From Leucoraja ocellata (Eukaryota), in the NCBI GenBank assembly GCA_036785375.1, contig JAWMAR010000392.1, positions 1,488,001 to 1,552,000 on the forward strand: a DNA stretch of 64,000 nt, in the 5' to 3' direction. A program made the position numbers and the translations under genes. The notes under the pieces were generated by a model that worked only from the letters and a program-made list of their open reading frames with translations, was not told the DNA's origin and did no database searches. Below, piece after piece: positions 50,982 through 63,287 of this stretch (position 1 is the stretch's first letter; each line of letters starts with the position of its first letter).

Positions 50982-51489
50982 TTAACCATATAACCATATA
51001 ACAATTACAGCACGGAAACAGGCCATCTCGACCCTTCTAGTCCGTGCCGAACACATAATCTCCCCTAGTCCCATATACCTGCGCTCAGACCATAACCCTC
51101 CATTCCCTTCCCATCCATATAACTATCCAATTTATTTTTAAATGATAAAAACGAACCTGCCTCCACCACCTTCACTGGAAGCTCATTCCACACAGCTACC
51201 ACTCTCTGAGTAATGAAGTTCCCCCTCATGTTACCCCTAAACTTCAGTCCCTTAATTCTCATGTCATGTCCCCTTGTTTGAATCTTCCCTACTCTCAGTG
51301 GGAAAAGCTTTTCCACGTCAACTCTGTCTATCCCTCTCATCATTTTAAAAACCTCTATCAAGTCCCCCCTTAACCTTCTGCGCTCCAAAGAATAAAGCCC
51401 TAACTTGTTCAACCTTTCTCTGTTGAAGTTGCTGAACCCAGGCAACATTCTAGTAAATCTCCTCTGTACTCTCTCTATTTTGTTGACAA
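50982..51489 (-). mobile_element. CR1 family B (intron 4)
   Basis: ORF 51065-51448 and tail. Confidence 0.9.
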
Positions 51490-51948
51490 ATTAAACTCCC
51501 CTGCCTGCATGTGAACCACATAGCTCCATTTTCTGCATATCCATGTGCTGATACAAAAGCCTCCTAAATGCCTCTATCACATCTGCCTCACCACCACAGC
51601 CCCTGGCAGTGCATTCCAGGCACCCACCACTTCCCTATGTTTCAAAAAATCCATGCCCCGCACATCTTCTTTAAAGCCTGTCCCTCTCACCTTAAAGCTA
51701 TGCCCTCTAGTCTTTGTCATTTCCATGCTGGGAAAAAACAAATTCTCACTCTCCATCAAATCTAGATCTGTCATAATTTTAGAAACTGCTATCATGCCTA
51801 CACACAGCCTCTGACGTTCCAGACCAGAGAAAACAATCCAAGCTTGTCCAACCTCCCATTACAGTTAATACCCTCGAATCCAGGAACATTATGGCACATG
51901 AAACATGAGGGTAATCTAGTTTAGAGATACAGCACGGAAACAGGCCCT

Positions 51949-52448
51949 TAACATATAACCATATAACAATTACAGCACGGAAACAGGCCATCTCGGCCCT
52001 ACAAGTCCATGCCGAATAAATTTTTTTCCCCTTAGTCCCACCTGCCTGCACTCGTACCATAACCCTCCATTCCCTTCTCATCCATATGCCTATCCAATTT
52101 ATTTTTAAATGATACCAATGAACCTGCCTCCACCACTTCCACTGGGTGCTCATTCCACACCGCTACCACTCTCTGAGTAAAGAAGTTCCCCCTCATATTA
52201 CCCCTAAACTTCTGTCCCTTAATTCTGAAGTCATGTCCTCTTGTTTGAATCTTCCTTATTCTCAAAGGGAAAAGCTTGTCCACATCAACTCTGTCTATCC
52301 CTCTCATCATTTTAAAAACCTCTATCGTCCCCCTTAACCTTCTGCGCTCCAGAGAATAAAGACCTAACTTATTCAACCTATCTCTGTAACTTAGTTGTTG
52401 AAACCCAGGCAACATTCTAGTAAATCTCCTCTGTACTCTCTCTATTTT
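51949..52448 (-). mobile_element. CR1 family B (intron 4)
   Basis: ORF2 C-terminus and tail. Confidence 0.9.
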
Positions 52449-53702
52449 TTTATTTTTTTTATTTTGTTTCCCTTTGTCCCACGCAGACCAGCGATCCCCG
52501 CACATTAACACTATCCTACACCCACTAGGGACAATGTTTACATTTACCAAGCCAATTAACCTACATGTACGTGTTTGGAATGTGGGAGGAAACCGAAGAT
52601 CTTGGAGAAAACATACGCAGGTCACGGGGAGAACGTACAAACTCTGTATAGACAGCCACCTTAATCGGGATCGAACCCAAGACTCTGGTGCTGCATTCGT
52701 TGTAAGGCAGCAACTCTACCGCTGCACCACTGCAACTTTGTTGAAAGGGCTGGTATTCAGCAGACGGAGTCTCCTGTAGGAAGGAACTGCAGATGCTGGT
52801 TTAAAACAAAGATAGACACAAAAAGCTGCAGGAACTCAGACAGCATCTCTGGAGGGGAAGGAATGCGTGATGTTTTGGGTCGAGACCCTTCTTCAGACGG
52901 AATCTGATGCTTGGCCAAACAGCAGGAAACTAGATGACAAAGGGGAAACCCCCATCTTCAAACAGGATAATGCATTGTGAAATAAAATTTACGTGCTGCT
53001 CCTCAGCCTGGGACTACATTTATTGGGGAGGGGCAGAATGCAATTTACATGGTAGCTCAGTGAGTCCTTTGTTTCATGACATTGACTTTCCTTATAGTCC
53101 CAGCATTAACTTTCCTTTGAGCTCTCAGTCAAATATACAGCCCAAAAATAAGAAATATTTTTGACACCAATCTGAGGAAGTGTCTCGACCTGAAACATCG
53201 CCATTCCTTTTCCCCTGGAGGTGCTGCCTGACCCGCTGAGTTACTCTAGCGTTTTGTGTCTATCTTCAGTGTAAACCAGCATCTGCAGTTAATTCTTACA
53301 CTTAACATTTTTAATTGATTGACAGATACAGCATGCAAACAGGCCCTTTGCCTACCGAGTCCATGCTGACCACTCATTCCTCCAATCCTCGGACTATTTT
53401 TAATCAGACTTTATCATGCATCAAAAAGTTTTTCATTCACTGTTTCCCAGACAATATACTAAACATCACTAAGCTAAGCTCAACTAAACTCACTCACGTT
53501 TGTTCCATGTTATCCCATTTTCTCATCCACTCCCTACACACTGGGTGGGGGCAATCCCGCATGTCTTTGGGATGTTCGACGAAACCGGAGCACCCGGAGG
53601 AACCACACTCAGTCACAGGGAGAATGTGCAAACTCCACGCAGATGGCACCAGGTATCAGGATAGAAACCGGGTCTCAGGTGCAGTGAGACAGCAGCTCCA
53701 CC

Positions 53703-53831
53703 CAGTAGCGGACTGGGTCTAAAAATATTGGTTGCCAGGAGACAAAGGGGGCCCACTTCATCAGGGGCCCACTTGATATAGGGGGCCCACTTGCCATCGG
53801 GCAAGCTGACACCCTGGCCAGTCCGCCACTG
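53703..53831. mobile_element. 129-bp hAT-type MITE
   Basis: TIRs cagtagcggactgg / ccagtccgccactg and a perfect 8-bp TSD gctccacc at 53695-53702 and 53832-53839. Confidence 0.9.
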
Positions 53832-53871
53832 GCTCCACCCCATTACCCTGCTATAGGAAGGGTGTCAATTA

Positions 53872-54922
53872 ACATAGAAACATAGAAATTAGGTGCAGGA
53901 GTAGGCCATTCGGCCCTTCGAGCCTGCACCGCCATTCAATATGATCATGGCTGATCATCCAACTCAGTATCCCGTACCTGCCTTCTCTCCATACCCCCTG
54001 ATCCCCTTAGCCACAAGGGCCACATCTAACTCCCTCTTAAATATAGCCAATGAACTGGCCTCAACTACCCTCTGTGGCAGAGAGTTCCAGAGATTCACCA
54101 CTCTCTGCGTGAAAAAAGTTCTTCTCATCTCGGTTTTAAAGGATTTCCCCTTTATCCTTAAGCTGTGACCCCTTGTCCTGGACTTCCCTAACATCGAGAA
54201 CAATCTTCCTGCATCTAGCCTGTCCAACCCCTTAAGAATTTTGTAAGTTTCTATAAGATCCCCTCTCAATCTTCTAAATTCTAGAGAGTATAAACCAAGT
54301 CTATCCAGTCTTTCTTCATAAGACAGTCCTGACATCCCAGGAATCAGTCTGGTGAACCGTCTCTGCACTCCCTCTATGGCAATAATGTCCTTCCTCAGAT
54401 TTGGAGACCAAAATTGTACGCAATACTCCAGGTGTGGTCTCACCAAGACCCTGTACAACTGCAGTAGAACCTCTCTGCTCCTATACTCAAATCCTTTTGC
54501 AATGAAAGCTAACATACCATTCGCTTTATTTACTGCCTGCTGCACCTGCATGCCTACCTTCAATGACTGGTGTACCATGACACCCAGGTCTCGCTGCATC
54601 TCCCCCTTTCCCAATCGGCCACCATTTAGATAATAGTCTGCTTTCCTGTTTTTGCCACCAAAATGGATAACCTCACATTTATCCACATTATACTGCATCT
54701 GCCAAACATTTGCCCACTCACCCAGCCTATCCAAGTCACCCTGCAGTCTCCTAGCATCCTCCTCACAGCTAACACTGCCCCCCAGCTTAGTGTCATCCGC
54801 AAACTTGGAGATATTGCCTTCAATTCCCTCATCCAGATCATTAATATATATTGTAAATAGCTGGGGTCCCAATATATATTAATGATCTGGATGAGGGAAT
54901 TGAAGGCAATATCTCCAAGTTT
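53872..54922 (-). mobile_element. CR1 family A with 5' fold-back
   Basis: ORF 53964-54872 (FADD motif) uninterrupted, with an inverted duplication at the 5' junction. Confidence 0.93.
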
Positions 54923-55567
54923 AAGCTGGAATGTGTACTGAGAAGATTTATGAGGATGTTGCTAGGACTTTGGGGCCAATTATAGGGAGAGATGGGGCAG
55001 GTTAGGACTTTATTCCTTAGAGCGCAGGACTCAGAGGGGTGATCTTACAGCAGTTTATAAGATTATGAGGGGAATAGATAAGGCAAATGCATAATCTGTT
55101 AACCAGAGTAAGGGAATCAAGAGCCAATGGTACCAAGGTGAGAAAGATTTAATAGAATTTGAGGAGTAACTTTTTCACACAGGGGACGGTAGGTATATGG
55201 AAAGAACTACCGGAAGAGGTAGTGGGGGCAGATACCATAACAGATCTTTGGATAGGAAAGGGTTATGCGCCAAACCTGGGCAGGTGGGACGGATGTAGAT
55301 GGGACATCTTGGTTGGCAAGGGCAAGTTGGGCTGAAGGGCCTGTTTCCATGCTCTATGACTATGACTCTACCAGCTGCAACAGAGCCAAATTAGAAATCG
55401 ATAACTTTCTCAAAACTGGTATGCTAAATGAATTTTCCCATTATATTAGTTCATTCTGGAGCCCCAAAATTGTGTTTAAAGATCCCATTGTATTTTCCTG
55501 GTGTTACCTACATAGATCAACAATGTTCTTCCTTACACATGTGGTGGTACCTGTTCAACAGATTTCA

Positions 55568-56229
55568 AGGGTGGTAAAGAAAGCTTTTGGTATGCTAGCC
55601 TTTATAAATCAGAACATTGAGTATAGAAGTTGGGATGTAATGTTAAAATTGTACAAGGCTTGGTGAGACCAAATCTGGAATATGGTGTACAATTTTGGTC
55701 GCCCAATTATAGGAAGGATGTCAACAAAATAGAGAGAGTACAGAGGAGATTTACTAGAATGTTGCCTGGGTTTCAACAACTAAGTTACAGAGATAGGTTG
55801 AATAAGTTAGGTCTTTATTCTCTGGAGCACAGAAGGTTAAGGGGGGACTTGATAGAGGTTTTTAAAATGATGAGAGGGATAGACAGAGTTGACGTGGAAA
55901 AGCTTTTCCCACTGAGAGTAGGGAAGATTCAAACAAGGGGACATGACATGAGAATTAAGGGACTGAAGTTTAGGGGTAACATGAGGGGGAACTTCTTTAC
56001 TCAGAGAGTGGTAGCTGTGTGGAATGAGCTTCCAGTGAAGGTGGTGGAGGCAGGTTCGTTTTTATCATTTAAAAATAAATTGGATAGTTATATGGATGGG
56101 AAGGGAATGGAGGGTTATGGTCTGAGCGCAGGTATATGGGACTAGGGGAGATTATGTGTTCGGCACGGACTTGAAGGGTCGAGATGGCCTGTTTCCGTGC
56201 TGTAATTGTTATATGGTTATATGGTATAT
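55568..56229 (+). mobile_element. CR1 family B (intron 4)
   Basis: ORF 55630-56145 and tail. Confidence 0.92.
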
Positions 56230-56577
56230 GCTGCAAACGTTCAGAAGGTTAAGTTTCATTTGTGGTAAGTGAAACAGAGTAACGAGATCAAATATCCTTC
56301 ATCAGTGTTCTGATGCTAGTTGCAAAACCAGTTTGACTGTTTTACTGGAACTGATGCAACTTGAAAGCTATTTTTGTTCAAAGAATGGAAGTGTTCATGA
56401 CGTAAGAATGGAAGATGCGTTGGTTGGTATGCAGTAAGACTTAGAGATACAATGTGGGCATTGTTACAACATCATTAGTCTCGGATGGTCTGTGTTAACA
56501 CTTGAGCAACCTTGCGTAGAAAGGAATTTCAGATAGATGCTGGTTTAAATCGAAGACAGACACAAAGTGCTGGAGTA

Positions 56578-57029
56578 ACATAGAAACATAGAAATTAGGT
56601 GCAGGAGTAGGCCATTCGGCCCTTCGAGCCTGCACCGCCATTTAATATGATCATGGCTGATCATCCAACTCAGTATCCCGTACCTGCCTTCTCTCCATAC
56701 CCTCTGATCCCCTTGGCCACAAGGGCCACATCTAACTCCCTCTTAAATATAGCCAATGAACTGGCCTCAACTACCCTCTGTGGCAGAGAGTTCCAGAGAT
56801 TCACCACTCTCTGTGTGAAAAACGTTCTCCTCATCTCGGTTTTAAAGGATTTCCCCCTTATCCTTAAGCTGTGACCCCTTGTCCTGGACTTCTCCAACAT
56901 CGGGAACAATCTTCCTGCATCTAGCCTGTCCAACCCCTTAAGAATTTTGTAAGTTTCTATAAGATCCCCTCTCAATCTCCTAAATTCTAGAGAGTATAAA
57001 CCAAGTCTATCCAGTCTTTCTTCATAAGA
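56578..57029 (-). mobile_element. CR1 family A (intron 4)
   Basis: ORF 56670-56975 and tail. Confidence 0.92.
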
Positions 57030-57414
57030 CCATCTCTGGAGAGAATGGGTGATGTTTCGGGTCGAGACCTTTCTTCAGCAACCTTGCTTTGAGAACAGTC
57101 CAACATGTATAGCAGACCGTGTTTATGTCCACAGTTACAGTCATAGAACCATAATGTGTGGAAACAGGCCCTTCGGCCCAGCTTGCCCATGCCAGCCAAG
57201 GTGCACCAACAACTCCATCCTCACCTGCCATGTTTGGTCCATATACCTCTAAACATTTCCTGTCCACGTACCTATCCAAATGTTTTTAAAAGCTGTGATA
57301 ATTTCTGCTAACTACCTCATCCGGCGGCTCATTTCATACCCACCACCTGCTGTCGGGAAAAGTTGCCCCTCAAATTGCTATTAAATCTTTCCCCTCTCAC
57401 CTTAAACCTATCTC

Positions 57415-58290
57415 CTCGCGGTGCGACTCTCGTCAGCAGCGGCCTCTGCAGCCCGTCTGCGTTTTAATTATTTTTTGTCTATGTTTTATGTAGTTTTTGT
57501 TATTTTTGTTGGGGTATGTGTGTGGGGGGGGGGGGGGGGGGGTGGGGGTGGGGGTGGGGTGGGAGGGAGGGGGTAACTTTTAATCTCTCCCTGCACGGGA
57601 GACCCGACCTTTTCTTTGTCGGGTCTCCGTTGTCGTTGGGGCTGCAACGAGGAGCGGCCTCCAACAGGAAGACTGGGGGCTCTGGTGCCGACGACTCACC
57701 TCACCGTCGCGGAGCTGGCCGAGTCCAGAGCGGGTGGAGCGGTGGTGGAGCGCTGCTGCTGCTGCGGCCCGACCTCCGGAGATTCGGAGGCTGCAACTGC
57801 GGGTCTGGCGGACGGCGGCACCGGGAGCCCGCGGGTCCCTGGAGGGAGACTGCTTTTCAGGGCTCCCGCAACGGCGACTTCTCCCGCCCGAGTTGCGGGG
57901 TCGAAGAGCTCCTGGAACGGGGCCTCACAGCACCGCTCCGCGCGGCTTGGAATGGCCGCGGGACTCTGCGAGCGCACGCCGGGGGCTCTAACATCAAGAA
58001 CCCGGTGTGCGACCTTGCATCACACGGCGTGGCTTAAATGGCCGCGGGACAATCGCCATCGCCAGCCGGGGGCTTTGACTTTGACTCTGTCATCGGGGGG
58101 GGGGGGGGGGGGGGGAGTGCAGTGGAGAGATAAGTTTTTTTGGCCTTCCATCACAGCGATGTGATGGATGTTTATGTAAATTATGTTGTGTCTTGGGTCT
58201 AGTTGTTTGTAATGTATGGCTGCAGAAACGTCATTTCGTTTGGACCTCAAGGGGTCCAAATGACAAATAAATTGTATCTTGTATCTGTAT
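57415..58290 (+). mobile_element. Non-autonomous GC-rich retroelement with a LINE-type tail
   Basis: GC-rich head, T-rich tract, G-runs and CpG-rich body, ending aaataaattgtatcttgtatctgtat. Confidence 0.55.
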
Positions 58291-58804
58291 TTTGCTTCCC
58301 CTACTGTGGGTAAAAGACTGTGCATCTTCACTTCCTGAAGCCCATCACAATCTCCTTGTTTGCAGTCAACACAAGAAACTCCAAAAGCTGGGGATGTTGA
58401 GGAAAACAGAAAGGGCTGTACAAGCTCAGGCGGTCAGGTTGCCACTGTGGAGGGAAATGGAACAGGTGGCGTTTGGGGTCGGACACAAGGAAGTGCAGCG
58501 GAATCCTGAACAAAACACAATGTGCTGGAGTAACTCAATGGACTAGGCAGCACCTGTGAAGGGAATGGACTCAAAGAACTTCAGATGCTGTAATCCTGAG
58601 CATGAGATTCGACTCGAAGCGTTGCCTGTCCATTTCCCTCCACAGATGCTGCCTGACCCACTGGGTTCCTCCTCTACTCATTTCATAAGTAACAGGAGCA
58701 GAATTAGGCCATTCAGCCCATCAAGTCTACTCCACCTTTCAATCATGGCTGATCTATATCTCCCTCCTAACCCCATTCTACTGCCTTCGCCCCATAACCC
58801 CTGA

Positions 58805-59563
58805 TAGAAACATAGAAACATAGAAATTAGGTGCAGGAGTAGGCCATTCGGCCCTTCGAGCCTGCACCGCCATTCAATATGATCATGGCTGATCATCCAA
58901 CTCAGTATCCGTACCTGCCTTCTCTCCATACCCCCTGATCCCCTTAGCCACAAGGGCCACATCTAACTCCCTCTTAAATATAGCCAATGAACTGGCCTCA
59001 ACTACCCTCTGTGGCAGAGAGTTCCAGAGATTCACCACTCTCTGCGTGAAAAAAGTTCTTCTCATCTCGGTTTTAAAGGATTTCCCCTTTATCCTTAAGC
59101 TGTGACCCCTTGTCCTGGACTTCCCTAACATCGGGAACAATCTTCCTGCATCTAGCCTGTCCAACCCCTTAAGAATTTTGTAAGTTTCTATAAGATCCCC
59201 TCTCAATCTTCTAAATTCTAGAGAGTATAAACCAAGTCTATCCAGTCTTTCTTCATAAGACAGTCCTGACATCCCAGGAATCAGTCTGGTGAACCGTCTC
59301 TGCACTCCCTCTATGGCAATAATGTCCTTCCTCAGATTAGGAGACCAAACTGTACGCAATACTCCAGGTGGGTCTCACCAAGACCCTGTACAACTGCAGT
59401 AGACCTCTCTGCTCCTATACTCAAATCCTTTTGCAATGAAAGCTAACATACCATTCGCTTTCTTTACTGCCTTGCTGCACCTGCATGCCTACCTTCAATG
59501 ACTGGTGTACCATGACACCCAGGTCTCGCTGCATCTCCCCCTTTTCCAATCGGCCACCATTTA
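58805..59563 (-). mobile_element. CR1 family A (intron 4)
   Basis: ORF 58883-59359 and tail. Confidence 0.92.
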
Positions 59564-60169
59564 GCCTTACTAATCAAGAATCTATCTCTGTCTTACAAAT
59601 ATCCACTGACTTGGCCTCCACAGCCGTATGTGGCAAAGAATTCCACAGATTTGCCACCTATCTGAATAAAGAAATTCCTTCTCATCTCCTTCCTAAAAGA
59701 ACGTCCTTTAATTCTGAGGCTATGACCTCCTCTGTCGTGGGGTAGACTGAGACTGACTCTCACTTCCCACCCTCTCCCCTCCCCAATCTTTACACATCCC
59801 CAATCCTTTCCACTCGTCACTTTAATTTCATGGTTCATATATTTTGTGTTTTTACGACTGTGGGCAGATCAATTTCCTTCCTCGGATGAATAAAGTTCTA
59901 TCGTGTCTTATCGTTCACCCATCTTCGAGCACTGCGTACATAGCTCAGCATTTCAAGTACACATTTAGCCAGCTTAAATGTGGTGCGTGTTTCTAGCTCC
60001 ATCACACTCTACCAGCAATGATTTCTAGACACCTCCCACCTCTGTGTGGAAAATGTTTCAAACTCTCCTCCAAATCCTACCGATCACATCCAATCTTTCA
60101 TTTTGTTTTGACTGCTCTGTTAAGGACAGTAGGTCTTCCCTATTTACTCTGTTCAGGTCCCTTATTAAA

Positions 60170-60986
60170 TAAATGTGGATAAATGTGAGGTTATCCATTT
60201 TGGTGGCAAAAACGGGAAAGCAGACTATTATCTAAATGGTGGCCGATTGGGAAAGGGGGAGATGCAGCGAGACCTGGGTGTCATGGTACACCAGTCATTG
60301 AAAGTAGGCATGCAGGTGCAGCAGGCAGTAAAGAAAGCGAATGGTATGTTAGCTTTCATTGCAAAAGGATTTGAGTATAGGAAGCAGGGAGGTTCTACTG
60401 CAGTTGTACAGGGTCTTGGGTGAGACCACACCTGGAGTATTGCGTACAGTTTTGGTCTCCAAATCTGAGGAAGGACATTATTGCCATAGAGGGAGTGCAG
60501 AGATGGTTCACCAGACTGATTCCTGGGATGTCAGGACTGTCTTATGAAGAAAGACTGGATAGACTTGGTTTATACTCTCTAGAATTTAGAAGATTGAGAA
60601 GGGGATCTTATAGAAACTTACAAAATTCTTAAGGGGTTGGACAGGCTAGATGCAGGAAGATTGTTCCCGATGTTAGGGAAGTCCAGGACAAGGGGTCACA
60701 GTTAAGGATAAGGGAAATCCTTTAAAACCGAGATGAGAAGAACTTTTTTCACACAGAGAGTGGTGAATCTCTGGAACTCTCTGCCACAGAGGGTAGTTGA
60801 GGCCAGTTCATTGGCTATATTTAAGAGGGAGTTAGATATGGCCCTTGTGGCTAAGGGGATCAGGGGGTATGGAGAGAAGGCAGGTACGGGATACTGAGTT
60901 GGATGATCAGCCATGATCATATTGAATGGCGGTGCAGGCTCGAAGGGCCGAATGGCCTACTCCTGCACCTAATTTCTATGTTTCTA
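60170..60986 (+). mobile_element. CR1 family A (intron 4)
   Basis: DKCEVIHFG through to the tail, with several 1-bp indels. Confidence 0.92.
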
Positions 60987-61023
60987 AACCAACCCTCAGC
61001 TTCCTACTTTCCTAAGAGAGAGG

Positions 61024-61290
61024 AACGGTGGTGCAGTGGTAGAGTTACTGCCTTACAGTGCCCGAGACCCAGGTTCGATCCCGACTGTGGGAGTTGGCTG
61101 TATGGAGTTTGTATGTTCTCCCCGTGACCGCATGGGTTTTCTCCTAGATCTTCGGTTTCCTCCCACACTCCTAAGACGTAAAAGTTTGTACGTTAATTGG
61201 CTGGTGTAAGTGTAAAATTGTAAATTGGCTCTCGTGTATGTGTAGGATAGCGTTAATGTGCGGAATTGGCTGTATCTTTAAACTAAAAAT
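61024..61290 (+). mobile_element. tRNA-derived V-SINE (HE1-like); further copies near 22565, 23500, 32827, 37700, 38595, 41300, 52470 and 53310
   Basis: Pol III A box tggtgcagtgg and B box ggttcgatccc, V-domain-like ggagtttgtatgttctccccgtgacc...ggtttcctcccacactcc, and an (ACTAA)n-type tail. Confidence 0.75.
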
Positions 61291-61663
61291 AACCTAAAGA
61301 ACCACAGCCTATTCAAATATTCCTGACATGGGCAATGGGTCATCTTGGTCAGCAAGAACAAATTGGGCCAAAGGGCCTTTTTCTGTGCTGGATGACTATG
61401 GCTAATTTACTCAGCCTCTGTAAATCTCACCTGCATCATTGGCAGGGTCCTGGAGTGTATTATAGAGCAGAGTAATCTTGTACAGGGTTCCATGACAGTG
61501 GCATCAAAGGTATTTAGGGCGGTATAGAAGGCTATTGGTACATTGGTCTTCATCAGACATGGTATTGAGGATAGAAGTTGAGACGTTACATTTGTACAAG
61601 ACGTTGGTGAGGCCACAGTTGGAGTATTGTGTTCAGTTTTAGTCATCCTGCCATAACAAGGAT

Positions 61664-62129
61664 ATAACCATATAAACCATATAACAATTACAGCACGGAA
61701 ACAGGCCATCTCGACCCTTCTAGTCCGTGCCGAACACATAATCTCCCCTAGTCCCATATACCTGCGCTCAGACCATAACCTCCATTCCCTTCCCATCCAT
61801 ATAACTATCCAATTTATTTTTAAATGATAAAAACGAACCTGCCTCCACCACCTTCACTGGAAGCTCATTCCACACAGCTACCACTCTCTGAGTAAAGAAG
61901 TTCCCCCTCATGTTACCCCTAAACTTCAGTCCCTTAATTCTCATGTCATGTCCCCTTGTTTGAATCTTCCCTACTCTCAGTGGGAAAAGCTTTTCCACGT
62001 CAACTCTGTCTATCCCTCTCATCATTTTAAAAACCTCTATTAGGTCCCCCCTTAACCTTCTGCGCTCCAAAGAATAAAGCCCTAACTTGTTCAACCTTTC
62101 TCTGTAACTTAGTTGCTGAAACCCAGGCA
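61664..62129 (-). mobile_element. CR1 family B (intron 4)
   Basis: ORF 61768-62133 and tail. Confidence 0.9.
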
Positions 62130-62608
62130 CCATGTCATTAAGATGGAAAGAGTGCAGAGAAGATAAACAAGGGTGTTGCTAGGACTCAACAGACTGAGCA
62201 TAGGGATGTCTGAATTAGGGTCTTGACCCGAAGCATCACTTATTCCTTTTCTCCAGAGATGCTGCCTGACCCGCGATGTTAGTCCAGCTTTTTACCTGTA
62301 TATTTTGAGCATCGGGAGAGGTTAGATAGGCCAGAACTTCTTAGAGCACAGGAGGCTGAGGGGTGATCTTTTCAAGGTGACTAACTCATGAGGGGAATAG
62401 ATAGGGTGAATGCCCAGTCTTTTATCCAGGATAGGGGAATCAAGAACCAGAGGGTATATGTTTAAGATGAGTGGGACAAGATGTAATAGGAAGCTGAGGG
62501 AGTTTGAGGGTGGTGGGTATATGGAACGAAATGCCAGAGGAGGTAGTTGAGGCAGGTACTATAACAGCATTTAAGATACTTGGACTGATACATGGACAAA
62601 TAGGATTA

Positions 62609-62897
62609 GACATGACTTCAGAATTAAGGGACAGAAGTTTAGGGGTAACATGAGGGGGAACTTCTTTACTCAGAGAGTGGTAGCTGTGTGGAATGAGCTT
62701 CCAGTGGAAGTGGTGGAGGCAGGTTCGTTGGTATCATTTAAAAATAAATTGGATAGGCATATGGATGAGAAGGGAATGGAGGGTTATGGTATGAGTGCAG
62801 GCAGGTGGGACTAAGGGAAGAAAGTTGTTCGGCACGGACTTGTAGGGCCGAGATGGCCTGTTTCCGTGCTGTTATTGTTATATGGTTATATGGTTAT
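62609..62897 (+). mobile_element. CR1 family B (intron 4)
   Basis: ORF2 end and tail. Confidence 0.88.
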
Positions 62898-63287
62898 AAG
62901 ATGGGGCATCATGGTTGGCAAGAATGAATTTTCACTGTACCTCAGTACACGTGACAATAAACCACACTAACTATACCAAAGAGTTGGGAAAGTTAGCTGT
63001 ATGACCCTAAGACATATAAAGAGGGTGGCAAATCTGAGGAATGTTTTGCCACACAAGGCTGTGTAGGCCGTCAGTGGATATATTTAAGGCAGATAAATAG
63101 ATTCTTGATTAGTACAGGTTTCAGAGGTTATGGGGAGAAGGCAGGAGAATTGGGTTAGGAGGGAGAGATAGAGCAACTATGGCAGAGTAGACTTGATGGG
63201 CCGAATGGCCTAATTCTGCTCTTATCGCTTATGATCTTATGATCTATGTTCTTCGCCTAATATCTACTGTATTTGCTTGCTGGGCAG

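Noticed and set aside
61024-61085. tRNA gene
   Set aside because: The A/B boxes belong to a SINE head that continues into V-SINE body sequence; no complete cloverleaf.
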